This document shows positions 24,086 to 37,646 of a DNA stretch of 64,000 nucleotides, in pieces. The position numbers and the translations under genes are program-made. The notes beneath the pieces were generated by a model. The model saw only the letters and a program-made list of their open reading frames with translations. It was not told the DNA's origin and ran no database searches. Numbering within the stretch: position 1 is the first letter of the stretch; each line of letters starts with the position of its first letter. Source of the stretch: Botryllus schlosseri (taxonomy: Eukaryota); NCBI GenBank assembly GCA_051294905.1, contig CM119372.1, positions 38,194,001-38,258,000 on the forward strand, given 5' to 3'.

Positions 24086-27000
24086 GCACGGTAAACCTTT
24101 TCAGTATAGTAATCGGTCGCATGCTAACGTTGTGGGTATAGGCTGCGGCGGGGACTCGTATTGAAAACTCTTGGTCGTGATTCACCCTTTCGGGTATAGG
24201 CTGCGGTGGTGACTCGTATGGAAAACTCGTGGTCGTGATTCGCCTTTTTTGCTATAGGCGGTGGCGGTGATTCGCCTGTCGTGTATTCTTACGGGATCTG
24301 TGGTGACTCGCCATGTGTTCTTATGGGTGCGGTCGTGATTCGCACTTTCAGGCATTTCTCGCGTGGTGTTGAATATGTACGAGTCACCAACAATAACCGC
24401 GCAGACGGAAACGCGGCCTGTTTGCAAGAGGATTACGCAGCGGGTGCGACCTATATTTCGAATGACCTGCGCGCTGAATTGTTTCCCATACAGCTGTGTG
24501 CTACTATCGATTATTACACTAATCCAGTCAGTGCGAAATAGTTTGCTAAATCTAGGAATCACTTCCAAGGTAATATTTTGGTAATTAGTTTACCGCAGAG
24601 CCGTCGTAGACGGCGATTCGAATATCAACGCGATCGCTCACAAGATAATACCTAAGACATAACCATCGCTCGCGACTCGCTGTTACACACATGCCGATCG
24701 TTGACAATGTAATATTTTGGTAATTAGTTTGTCACAGAGCCGGCGCAGACGGTGATTCGAATATCAACAATAGCCGCGTTCACAAACCAACACTTCAAAA
24801 ACGTGTAAAATAGGTTACAAATCCCACGATCGTTCACAAGATAACACCAAAGACATAGCCATTTCTCGCGTCTTGTCATTACATACATCCCAATCGCTAC
24901 AGTGTAATATGTCGATGGTTGTTACTATCAAGTAATAAGTAATGAATAACAGTACCAGCGCAGACCGTGATTCGAAAACCAACAATTTGACACTTGCACG
25001 CGATCGCTATATGTTTTGACACTTCGGAACAGTCGTTGACTTTGCGTGATACAAATCATGAAAATTTTAATCAGTGTGTCAATTTGTCAACTTGAAATGA
25101 AACTTACTACACAGCTCAAGTTGATTCGTATCTGAATGTGTTAATTCGGTACAATTCTAATTATTTTGAGTTATCTTTTTAACGCGATCTTTTGATTCGG
25201 CCGTAACCTGAATATTACTGACGCCAACATTCAGCCGCGTCGGATTATTCACACATTCCGCGCCGTCGTTTTCACAGCTATAAAATCAATACCAACTATA
25301 ACTCTACAAGAATCAAGAATCACAAGTATGTGCATTATACAGTTATTGTCTTTATCAACATGAAATCAAACGCTTAACAAAAACACACAACTCATCATTT
25401 GCCAACTCCAGCATCACCAAAAAATTCAGGTATTGTGGATTGAAAATCCTTGAGTCTTTATTATCAAAAATGTTATAGTGCGGTGTCGGAATCCATTCGC
25501 AGGATGTACTAAAGGTAAATTCAGATAATCCAAAATGAAATATCTCGACTTTGACATAGTCTGAATTGAAATAGGATTGACATACATGACTACTACCATC
25601 TTTCCAAGTGCCATTTCGAAATTATACGCACATTGATTTGAAACATGTAATGAAACATTACAACTCTATTCGCGATCTGGCTTTCCGTTTGCCAAAGAGA
25701 CATTTTACCATACTCAAAAGAATTATTCGCAACATTAACCGGTGTTACAAATCTAGTTTTCACTTACTTGATCATATCACTACAACTCACAAACTTGAAT
25801 TAATTCATCTGGCTGTATTCATATGACCGATAATTTTTATTCAACTGTAAAGGTCGTTGCTATTCTGTAAGACAAAGTATTTACTAATCGGTACATATAC
25901 GACTTGGCATAAACCTATTACATTTTGAGTATACGAGATTTGAATGTCTGAACAATAACTGAGAATTAAATTATCACAAGTGAATCCGTATATTACAGCG
26001 TAAAAGATATTGGAATGTCAGCAACTCTGTACGGTCATAGTTACTACCACATTACCTAATTTACCCGGCCAACTCGTCATGATCATCCCTGAAATCAACA
26101 CAACATGACCACTGACTTGAGTTAACCCAAAACATCATAAAGTTTTAAATCCATTTGTAGCTTACGTATTATTTGAATGCGTGTTATGTTTTATTGCAAT
26201 CGAGTTAACGGAAATAGTATTAAGGCTCGACATTTTAACGTTTTACCATACTCAGTCAATCAGGAAAACCTTGTCAAGTAAATCCGTTTGTAACTTACCC
26301 GACCAACTCAAACAGTATCAGTATGAAAAACAGCCAAGCATACACGAGTCCATACAATCACTAAATCCTAAAATCCATAACAAGTTCGGATTTACTCATA
26401 TCCCTACGACGCATCTTTTTTATTCAACTTTACAAGTCGTTTCTATTCTGTAAGATAGAGGAATTACTACGCGGTATATTCTACAAGACAAAGTAATTAT
26501 TACTCGATATATTTTGTAAGACAAAAGTAATTACCACTCGGTGCAGGTGACTTGAGATTAACATAATATGTTTGAGTATACGAGATTTGAAAGTCTGATC
26601 AACGTATAGTTGCGACTTCATTTCTTACAATCGAACGCTGGTGTTATATCTAACGTTACCATTCTGTAAACATAAGGATTGATACATTGATGCGCCATAT
26701 GTAATAGTTGATCATGACTTGATTATTAAATTATTCGTGTTAATTAGACCCGGTGTTGTGGTAAAGGTTATTATGACAACAACAATCTTTTCAGTACCGT
26801 TGTTATTAACATATCGAGTTGTAAAACTATGCGTGTCTGAAATGTTCATGTTTGAAAAATTATTCCACCTTGGTACATATCACTCTGCGTATCGCGGATA
26901 TCAGAAAATATTTTACAAAAGTAATTGTTTCCAGTAACCAAGACTAAATATGAAACAACAATTTCGTTTGCTGATTAACAGCCGTGCAATACTTTATTGT

Positions 27001-28824
27001 CAGAATCTTTGACAGTGAATTGAAACATACTCACCTTACACAGTACGAGTAAATCACTTTGGACTTGGGCGCGACCTTTAATCTGTGTTAAACTCTGTTC
27101 ACACTCTCCGTCGAATGCGTGAAATGTAAAACATTACGAGGTTACACTATAAGACTTTGATCAGCAGAGAAGCAATTTTGAATATCTTCACTGGTGCACC
27201 TTATTCTACTACACTTGGGTAATATACAAAAACTCATAGCAGTATGAAAATCGCAATAGGTGCTACACTGAAATTTACAAAATGTGTTTGTATTGTTGCT
27301 CAAAGTAGTGATCATGAATTATCATTTGAATCTTCTAAAGTAATTGTAATCGTAAAACCAAACTTGCGAAAGTCATTACCATAACAAAAGAATATTGTAG
27401 GTTGCTTGCTAAATGTATGCCGGAAATATTTGTAGAACGCTCACGACCAAAGAAATCGGAAATTGTCATTCATCAAAGTAAATGTCGTCACAATACTCTG
27501 CCACTAAAAGACCATACTTGTATGTGATTGAATCCCTAACAATTAACTATTTTTCAAACGAGTAAAATTTATTACTTGAGTTTCGCCGCTTACTATATGT
27601 ATATGTAAACTCAACCGTCTTTTAACATCACAAAGACATTGATAAAAAGTAGGCAATCAAACGCTACAAGTTTAACTTTTGTAGGTTGTGTATGATTACC
27701 CCACGCAACTCATTTCTTACCAAAGGTATATGAAATATATTCATGTTACACGAAAATACTCGATATTCCCAGAAACATCCGAGTTGTTTACACAAAAGTT
27801 TGTATGTGTACAGTATGCGAATACCATGTGTAAGTCCAGCACAATTGCAGTATCTATCCGAGTTTAGTTAACACAATTTACGACACCGAGGTCGCGTCAT
27901 TTTTCGTAAGAAAAACCAACCAACCAATCCTGTAGGATATGTCAATGTCATAGCAATAAATCAGCAACTACAACAACAGAGTACATATGTTTTCTAGTTA
28001 CGGTGCTTACATCTTACACACAAATCAATCTACTTTGCTAACGAAAAGTGCGGAGTCATCACATGGTTGTCCTCACAACAATACAACTAAAACATACTAT
28101 CATACGAAATGGTCGTTATAGTTTGCACACCAACGGTACATCATGCAAGTAACAAGTCTCGAGAATCCAGTTATTGAAAAAACGTGAAAGTGTTTCTCCT
28201 GCGCCAAGTCGTTATGTTGACGAAAGCGTATATTGTAATATCATGATCGATTTGCATTCGTTGGTCACAAAATGTCACTACTCTAAATAATTATTTTACA
28301 CTCAAACACAAAAGCATACTAGTCACCATTCGTTTTCATCAAGCACGAGTTCAAGAAACTTACTACGACATGAATTCTTATTTTTATTTTGTGTAAATAG
28401 TTAATAATTAATTTTAGTAACACTATATCAACATCATCGAGTTGTGTGAATAGATTTACATGCGGTCTTGTGGTTTTAATCGAAGTACACAGCACGGTCT
28501 AATGTAGAGCCATCTTTATTGTACAGCAACTCGGTAATCGAAATGCATTAACATTTAAACAACGATCTTGGTTCGTCACGCGAAAAATATCTTTACTGTC
28601 CCGACACTCTGATACTCTGCACAAGATGTGTAAATCATTTTCATGCTCGTAATATTACGCTAACGAGATACCGACGTCGAGCGAAAACGTTTAACAACAT
28701 CAATGACACTGAACATACGATACCTACCCGAGTAAAAATATCATTTCCGTTTGGACAACTGACGTTTACCTGTGTAATATTACCATTTTCCTTTGGAGAT
28801 CTGACGTTTACCTAGAGTAAGACA

Positions 28825-29280
28825 CTATTTTCACTTGGAAATATATTTTTCCCTCAGCAACAAACCATTTTCACTTGGAAATATATTTTTTCCCTGAGCA
28901 ACAAACCATTTTCATTTGGCGGTCCGTCGTTTACCTGAGTAAAAACATCACTTTCCTTTGGAGATCCATCGTTTACCCAGAGTAACAATACATTTTCACT
29001 TTGGGTTCTATCCTTTCCTAGAGTAACAAAACCATTTTCGTTTGGAAATAAATTTTTTCCCTGGGTAACAAACCCTTTTCACTTGGAAATATATTTTTTC
29101 CTAGGGTAACAAAACCATTTTCGTTTATAAATAAATTTTTTCACTTTCGTTTATAAATATATTTTTTCACTGAGTAACAAACCCCTTTCGTTTAGAAATA
29201 TATTTTTTCTCTGAGCAACGATACCGTTTCACTTGGAAATCTATTTTTTCCCTGAGTAACAATACCATTTTCGTTTAGAA
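28825..29280 (+). repeat. Degenerate 41-bp array in the element 2 loop
   Basis: Repeats of TTTTCACTTGGAAATATATTTTTTCCCTGAG(C/T)AACAAACCA. Confidence 0.85.
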
Positions 29281-32200
29281 ATCAGACAACCAATCCCGAC
29301 AATTTGATATTTTTGTATATTGTTTACAGTGGATAGTGGCAAAATATACACCAACAACGACCCCGATACATTTGTGTAATCACATATTCACTTGTTATGG
29401 TGCATCCCATCAAATTCGACGGTTAGTCACACACACACACACACAATAACAATGCGCAATTTCGATATGACTGCGATGTCCGGGTTCGTGCTTTAGATTT
29501 TCCAGAATCAATCCGTCTAAAGTTGTAATCCCCTCGACTTTGTTAACTGATTGATACACGGATAACAATCCGTGGAAAATGTAGGAACGCATGCTACCCA
29601 TCGAGCTAACGATTCTAGGTTACTTGTGATTAATTTTCTTGCTCACACTATACAGATTATAGGTACAGGGATATGTAGCGGTAATCGATTTGGTCAATGC
29701 ATATCGCCCCATTCAGTATGGAATTACAGACCCAATACAGGTCAGTTCCGGATATTCAACGCAAAGCGATAAAGCAGAACCAATGACCAAATGTAGATTC
29801 ATAACCCTTGATTTTTTCGTTAAAAATGACAATACATATCGAATATACTTTACGATTGTTCAACCCTACCAAGTATCCGCGTAAATGTAGTGGATGACAT
29901 TACATACAATGGGTCGGTGTACAAATGTTGGGTGTTTATGCACACATCGGTATGACCCATAGACAACATCATCATACCCTCCAGGACTTCGTTATTGCAT
30001 CGCGAGGTCAATAAAATCGATTTTGTGTACTCAATCGGTGGCATAGACGACGGAAGGCTTGGAGATCCAATGTAAAATACAGACAAACAAACGGGTATAT
30101 TTGTCCATCTTGGTTATTCACTCAACTACCATTGGTGCTCTCGATACAGCGAACGGTACAGTATGTAACGCATATCATTAGAGTGATATAACCACAGGTG
30201 CGTGGGGTAATCATACACAACCTACAAAAGTTAAACTTGTAGCGTTTGATTGCCTACTTTTTATCAATGTCTTTGTGATGTTAAAAGACGGTTGAGTTTA
30301 CATATACATATAGTAAGCGGCGAAACTCAAGTAATAAATTTTACTCGTTTGAAAAATAGTTAATTGTTAGGGATTCAATCACATACAAGTATGGTCTTTT
30401 AGTGGCAGAGTATTGTGACGACATTTACTTTGATGAATGACAATTTCCGATTTCTTTGGTCGTGAGCGTTCTACAAATATTTCCGGCATACATTTAGCAA
30501 GCAACCTACAATATTCTTTTGTTATGGTAATGACTTTCGCAAGTTTGGTTTTACGATTACAATTACTTTAGAAGATTCAAATGATAATTCATGATCACTA
30601 CTTTGAGCAACAATGCAAACACATTTTGTAAATTTCAGTGTAGCACCTATTGCGATTTTCATACTGCTATGAGTTTTTGTATATTACCAAAGTGTAGTAG
30701 AATAAGGTGCACCAGTGAAGATATTCAAAATTGCTTCTCTGCTGATCAAAGTCTTATAGTGTAACCTCGTAATGTTTTACATTTCACGCATTCGACAGAG
30801 AGTGTGAACAGAGTTTAACACGGATTAAAGGTCGCGCCCAAGTCCAAAGTGATTTACTCGTACTGTGTAAGGTGAGTATGTTTCAATTCACTGTCAAAGA
30901 TTCTGACAATAAAGTATTGCACGGCTGTTAATCAGCAAACGAAATTGTTGTTTCATATTTAGTCTTGGTTACTGGAAACAATTACATTTGTAAAATATTT
31001 TCTGATATCCGCGATACGCAGAGTGATATGTACCAAGGTGGAATAATTTTTCAATCATGAACATTTCAGACACGCATAGTTTTACAACTCGATATGTTAA
31101 TAACAACGGTACTGAAAAGATTGTTGTTGTCATAATAACCTTTACCACAACACCGGGTCTAATTAACACGAATAATTTAATAATCAAGCCATGATCAACT
31201 ATTACATATGGCGCATCAATGTATCAATCCTTATGTTTACAGAATGGTAACGTTAGATATAACACCAGCGTTCGATTGTAAGAAATGAAGTCGCAACTAT
31301 ACGTTGATCAGACTTTCAAATCTCGTATACTCAAACATATTATGTTAATCTCAAGTCACCTGCACCGAGTGGTAATTACTTTTGTCTTACAAAATATATC
31401 GAGTAATAATTACTTTGTCTTGTAGAATATACCGCGTAGTAATTCCTCTATCTTACAGAATAGAAACGACTTGTAAAGTTGAATAAAAAAGATGCGTCGT
31501 AGGGATATGAGTAAATCCGAACTTGTTATGGATTTTAGGATTTAGTGATTGTATGGACTCGTGTATGCTTGGCTGTTTTTCATACTGATACTGTTTGAGT
31601 TGGTCGGGTAAGTTACAAACGGATTTACTTGACAAGGTTTTCCTGATTGACTGAGTATGGTAAAATGTTAAAATGTCGAGCCTTAATACTATTTCCGTTA
31701 ACTCGATTGCAATAAAACATAACCCGCATTCAAATAATACGTAAGCTACAAGTGGATTTAAAACTTTATAATGTTTTGGGTTAACTCAAGTCAGTGGTCA
31801 TGTTGTGTTGATTTCAGGGATGATCATGACGAGTTGGCCGGGTAAATTAGGTAATGTGGTAGTAACTATGACCGTACAGAGTTGCTGACATTCCAATATC
31901 TTTTACGCTGTAATATACGGATTCACTTGTGATAATTTAATTCTCAGTTATTGTTCAGACATTCAAATCTCGTATACTCAAAATGTAATAGGTTTATGCC
32001 AAGTCGTATATGTACCGATTAGTAAATACTTTGTCTTACAGAATAGCAACGACCTTTACAGTTGAATAAAAATTATCGGTCATATGAATACAGCCAGATG
32101 AATTAATTCAAGTTTGTGAGTTGTAGTGATATGATCAAGTAAGTGAAAACTAGATTTGTAACACCGGTTAATGTTGCGAATAATTCTTTTGAGTATGGTA

Positions 32201-34342
32201 AAATGTCTCTTTGGCAAACGGAAAGTCAGATCGCGAATAGAGTTGTAATGTTTCATTACATGTTTCAAATCAATGTGCGTATAATTTCGAAATGGCACTT
32301 GGAAAGATGTTAGTAGTCATGTATGTCAATCAGACATGGGGTAATCGCGATCAGTAATCGTAATCGATTACGACGATTACAGCATTTTGAAGTAATCGTA
32401 ATTGCAATCGATTACATTCGAAAAAAATCCGAAGTAATCGTAATCGTAATCGACTATTTCCCATATCTAATCGATTTGTTTGTGAAAGAACGATTACTTT
32501 CTGTTTGTACAAGGACTATGACATAAACTGAATATTCGTGAACAAGAATGAGATAATATACTACGTTAGCGTTAGCACAAACGTCTGTTTTCAAACGCCA
32601 CTGACTCATTATTACGTCAGAAGTATTAGCTCCGCTCGTCATTGCGTAACAAGTATCCACACATAGTAAACAGACATGCGATGGGCATTGTAGTGTGATT
32701 GTAAGAACACCTCCCGTGGTGTATATCAGGTTATCAATACACTACAGAAGCCGCTACCTCGCAGCAGGATATTGATCGCCACTCTGCCTATAGTTTCGAA
32801 TAGTAACTTATGTATTAATGTTTGGTTGTGCTTAGTTAAACGCAGTTTACCATTGCTGCTTGGCGAGCAGGAGGCCTACGTACGCACGTGCACCTGACGA
32901 AGATTCGGAATTTTGTACTCGTCGAATAAGACATTGCAGTTTCCACAACGAAGCATTACAAATAAACAGCTGCTGATATATATCATAACCGAGCCGTGCT
33001 TAGCCGTTTCTCGTAACAGCAGCTCACTGTATATGTATTAAGTTGAAGGCAGAATTTTTATGTTAACCATATCTTATTCTCATATAACTACTTGAAACGG
33101 GCGTCAATCGTTATTTCACAGTTCGTTACTTAGCATTTGGACCTGCCGCCATAACCATCCGCTTATATAGCCTGACATGTTAGCGTGGGTTGTAGCTAGA
33201 ATCAGCAATTGAGCCAAAACAGCAATTCCCCAGTCCAACCGTTGGTCAATTTTCAAAAGTGAATTTCGTCAATAATATTGGTAATTGCATTATATTACTA
33301 TTCATTTATAACCTCTCTGAGCCCCGAGTGTCAGATTTACCTGTAAAGCTGGGGCACGTAATTCATATTCATAGCATCTGGTATGTTGTTATAATTACTG
33401 CATGTTGTTAATTCGCGACCTCCAGTCCGTTGTATAATCACAAGATATTGTACTCGCCCAAACGTAGCAGACTAAAAGAATATCTTTTGTGAGAAGCACA
33501 CACAAATTGTCATGGCTTTATTCTTTTGTGGATGCGCCGGGTGACATTTGCATTGTGGGCCCAGATTGGAAGCAGCACCGTAACTGCCGCACCCCAAACC
33601 CCCCAATTGGGGGGGGCCCGAGCTCGAAGGGGGCCCAAAATTATTTCGTGAATTAGCATAAATTAAAGAGTATTTTTTTAAAATTTATGCAACTTTTTCA
33701 AATTTTTTTCGCGCTGCGCGCGATGTCAACCTGCCAAACATCTTCAATATTTGTACTCTTCCTCCAAGAAAAAACACGCAAGATTTATAGAAATAGACAT
33801 ATCGGCGTTGGTCATTACAGCGCCACGACGCACCAAGACATATAACGATTTAGGACATATTACATGCGACTCCAAGAAGTGTGCCAGAACGATCGGCAGC
33901 GCGAAAACTTTGGCCGAAAAGGACTGCCCTTACGCTGTCCGAAAACTTCGTTATATATACAAAATACATATAGGTTTAATTGTCAATAGGCGCCTAAATG
34001 ACTGGCGCCAAATGTTCCTGTCTTGGCAATCTGAACCTCAGAAGACAAATACCATCCCGCAGGGAAGAATTATATGCCAGTGAAGAAATACCAATTTGAA
34101 ATCGTCTGCGTCTTTTAGTTTAGTACGTTTGGGCTATTCTATATTTTTTGATATAGCAGACAGGAGGTCACGTCACATCATGTAACGAAGTCATACCAAC
34201 GGGTCCGCCCGCCCGAAGATGTTTAATTATTATTTACGGGCGCTACAGTTTCCGGTAAATCTGATAACGTGAGCAGAGAGGACAAGAAATTGATAGCAAT
34301 ATATATGCAATTCCCGATCTTATTGGCCGCTTTTATCATGAA

Positions 34343-34861
34343 CAGGGCTGGGCACAATGATTCGAGTACTCGAATCAGAATCGAGTATTAATTTTAATGA
34401 TTCGAGTCGAGTAGTAAAGGACGATTTTTTTGAGTACTGAAATTGTACTCTTCTCGCCACTGAATGTTAATTTATCAACGAGAATTATAGTTTCGATACC
34501 AATTTTCACTGTAGAAGCCTTGGAACCTTGATTGGCTGTATCGTAGCATACGAAACATATGGTACAAAGCTACGAAGGTTACTGGATGTAGCACATTTCC
34601 GAAGTCATGATTATCCCACAACATCATCACCAAGTGAAATGAAGTCGGTATGGTCGAAAAAAAATACCAAAGTATCATTTATGAGACGGATAACAGGCAT
34701 TAAATTATTTGTGGTGACATAAGAGTTAGATATTTGAACTTTGACGTATTATATTAAGTCATGGCGTCATAATGGGTGATACTAGATTACTGGACTCGAC
34801 TCGAAGCATATTACGTGATTCAAAATCGAATCACTCCGGTACTCGATTTTGCCCAGTCCTA
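34343..34861. mobile_element. Nested hAT MITE
   Basis: TIR CAGGGCTGGGCA / TGCCCAGTCCTA; TSD ATCATGAA; TCGAGT subterminal motifs. Confidence 0.85.
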
Positions 34862-35552
34862 ATCATGAATTATCGAAAATTTTCGCGCTTGGCGCTGGCT
34901 CACTAGACAGTACGACTAATTTCGTGACAAAAGCGAACAATGTGATGGGGGAGGGGGCGGGTTATCACCCTATCGGAGCCAAAGACCCAATTTTTTTGAG
35001 CGGGCTGACGAAGTGCTGTTTCATTCCTACCAACGGGTGTACGCCCGATAATATTGACCGGTTCAATCATGAATTATATAAATTTTTCGCGCTTCGCGCG
35101 TCCAGGCGGGAATATCTGACTCCCTAAACGGACAGCCAACGTAGATGACAAGTAGCGGCAAAGATCGGATTGCCAGAGGGGGGTCTGGGGGGCGAAGCCC
35201 CCCAGAAGTTCGGTTTATCACCGTATGGGGGGCCCTAGACCAACGTTTTGGGGGGGGGCCTGACGAAGTGCTGTTACGGCCCTGATTGGAAGGACAGGAG
35301 TTATTAGTCCCGCCCACTCAGCGCGGCTATTGACAATGGACGAATACCCTAAGTTTCGGCCAGGGTATTTCTTTGGTATCACATCCCGTGGAGTTGCGTG
35401 TTGGCCGAAACTGCATATGCGTTTTGGTGTGTTGTGGGATCGTGGCGCGGTAATGACCGGCTGCGAAATGCCTGTTCCCATAAAATATAGCCTATGTATG
35501 TTTTTTCTTGAGGGGAAGAGGTATGCATTTCAAACCCAGCTATGTACTGGAG

Positions 35553-37646
35553 CAGGGGTCACCAACTGTTTTGAAACAAAAAGCTACTTCTTGTGTAGTG
35601 TGTACTGATTATTGTGACGACCGACGGGTTACCTCGTACTCCCGTCGTTTATCCATGTTCAGTTGGATTTCTTCACTTAGAGCAGTGGTTCCCAACGTGG
35701 GCGATATCGCCCCCCAGGGGGCGATTTGACGGTTTAGGGGGGGCGAAAACGGACGAAGGGGGCTATAGGGGGGCGAAAACGGACGAAGGGGGCGATAGGG
35801 GGCGAAAACAACGAAGGGAGCGATAGGGGTGATGGTGCTTTAAAACGGCTATATTGGAGTCGGGACCGTAACTATTGCATCCCGAACCCCCAATTGGGGT
35901 GGGGAGCCCGAAATCGAAGGAAGCCCAAAATTATTTGGTGAATTAACATGAATGATAGAGTAATTTTTTAGAAATTCATGCGACTTTCTCAGAAATTTTT
36001 AGCGCTGCGCGCGATTTAATATTTTCATTTATTTTGATGCTGGGGGCCCCGTCACATAACAAAAATACGTATGATTTAAAATGGGAGACTTCGGCGTCGG
36101 TCATTGCTGCGCCGCGACGCACCAAGACGTATGAAGTTAGAGGCCATGTAACATGCGACTCCGAGAAGTGTGCCAGAACGATCAGAAGCGAGAAGACCTT
36201 GGCCGAAAAGGAATGCCATTGTGCTGACCGAAAACTTCGATATATATACAATACACATATGTTTAATTGTCCATAGGCGCCTCAATGGCTGGCGTCGATT
36301 GTTCCTGTCCTGGCGACCTTAACGCTACAGGACAAATGCCATCCCGCAAGGAAAAAATTACTTGCCAGTAAAGAAATACCAATATGAAATCCTGTGCGTC
36401 GTTTAGTTTGGTACGTTTTGACGGTTTGCATATCTTCTGACATAGCAGATATAGGAGGTCATGAAATAGCATCATGTAAAGAAGTCAATATAACAATGAT
36501 TCCGCCCGAAGATGTTTAATTATTATTTAGGGGCCCTACCTTTTCCAACATACCACATCCACCATATTTACCGATTCAAACATGAATTATATAAATTTGT
36601 CGCGCTTCACGCGTTTTGGCGAAATACGGTGACTCACCAAACAGTACAGGGAATAGGGTATAGCTGATATGTAGCGACAAAAAGCCCACTGGCTGAGGGG
36701 GGTCAGGGGTCTGGGGCCAAATACCAACGTTTCTTTTTTGGGGGGGGGGCTGACGAAGTGCTGTTTTTCGGTTCCCAATATTTGGGGGGCGATGATCGGT
36801 GCGGAGCTTCAAAAGGGGGCGATGAGTCGAAAAAGGTTGGGAACCACTGACTGAGAGTAAGACAATCAGAGCACTGGGCCGGGTTTCCGCCCCTTACCAA
36901 GAAAAAAAACGCTCACTCGAAGGGACTCACACCAGCTCCTCCAAGCTCAGTTGCGTTGCTGCAGTGCGCGCAGAAGCGCCGATCTCCGCGTCTAGACTCT
37001 GGAATATTAACTATATAGATTCCCGTTGAGCCGCCGCGTGGGCGAAGGCAAGCAATGCCCCGAGCGACTGCGTTCGTATGTTCCTTGGCGTCGGCCGACC
37101 CATGTTCAACTGCTGCTCATATGAAACGAGCTTCAACTACCAAATCTCTCATTTGGACATTTGCTACAGCGCAGTGGTGGCCATACGAACGGAGGGGGGG
37201 GGGGCTGGACGAGACTTACCGGGGGCCCCCTATAAGTATCTATCCGTAACTTATGGGGGGCTTCGCCCCCCAGACCCCTCTTTCGCATCTGTTATTATTA
37301 TCTATCTATCAAGGTTCGGCCAGGTGCTGGATTCGGCCATGTCTATTTTTTCATGTGTGCACAGATACACGACATTAAAACTAAGTAATTCTACCGCATG
37401 CAGAGACGTGATGATTATCGGGATATGGTACTTTTCGACCAAAATGCAGAGATTTCATGATGATTGACACATCTGTACGGAATCCTATTCTTGCCTTACA
37501 CGGATTTCCATGTTTATTCGTTATTATCCTTGAAAAAGCGCATAATCCAAATAGGGGAGCCCTTCGGCCAGCCCCCCTGGCGACCGCCCACCTCGCCCAC
37601 CGCAAAAGCCGCGGGCGACTCATTTGGTCCGCGTTGGTGACCCCTG
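35553..37646. mobile_element. Nested hAT (Charlie-like) element
   Basis: TIR CAGGGGTCACCAAC / GTTGGTGACCCCTG; degenerate TSD. Confidence 0.7.
35683..36849. mobile_element. hAT MITE nested inside 35553-37646
   Basis: TIR CAGTGGTTCCCAAC / GTTGGGAACCACTG; TSD ACTTAGAG / ACTGAGAG (7/8); GGGGGCGA repeats; related to 60546-60863. Confidence 0.85.
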
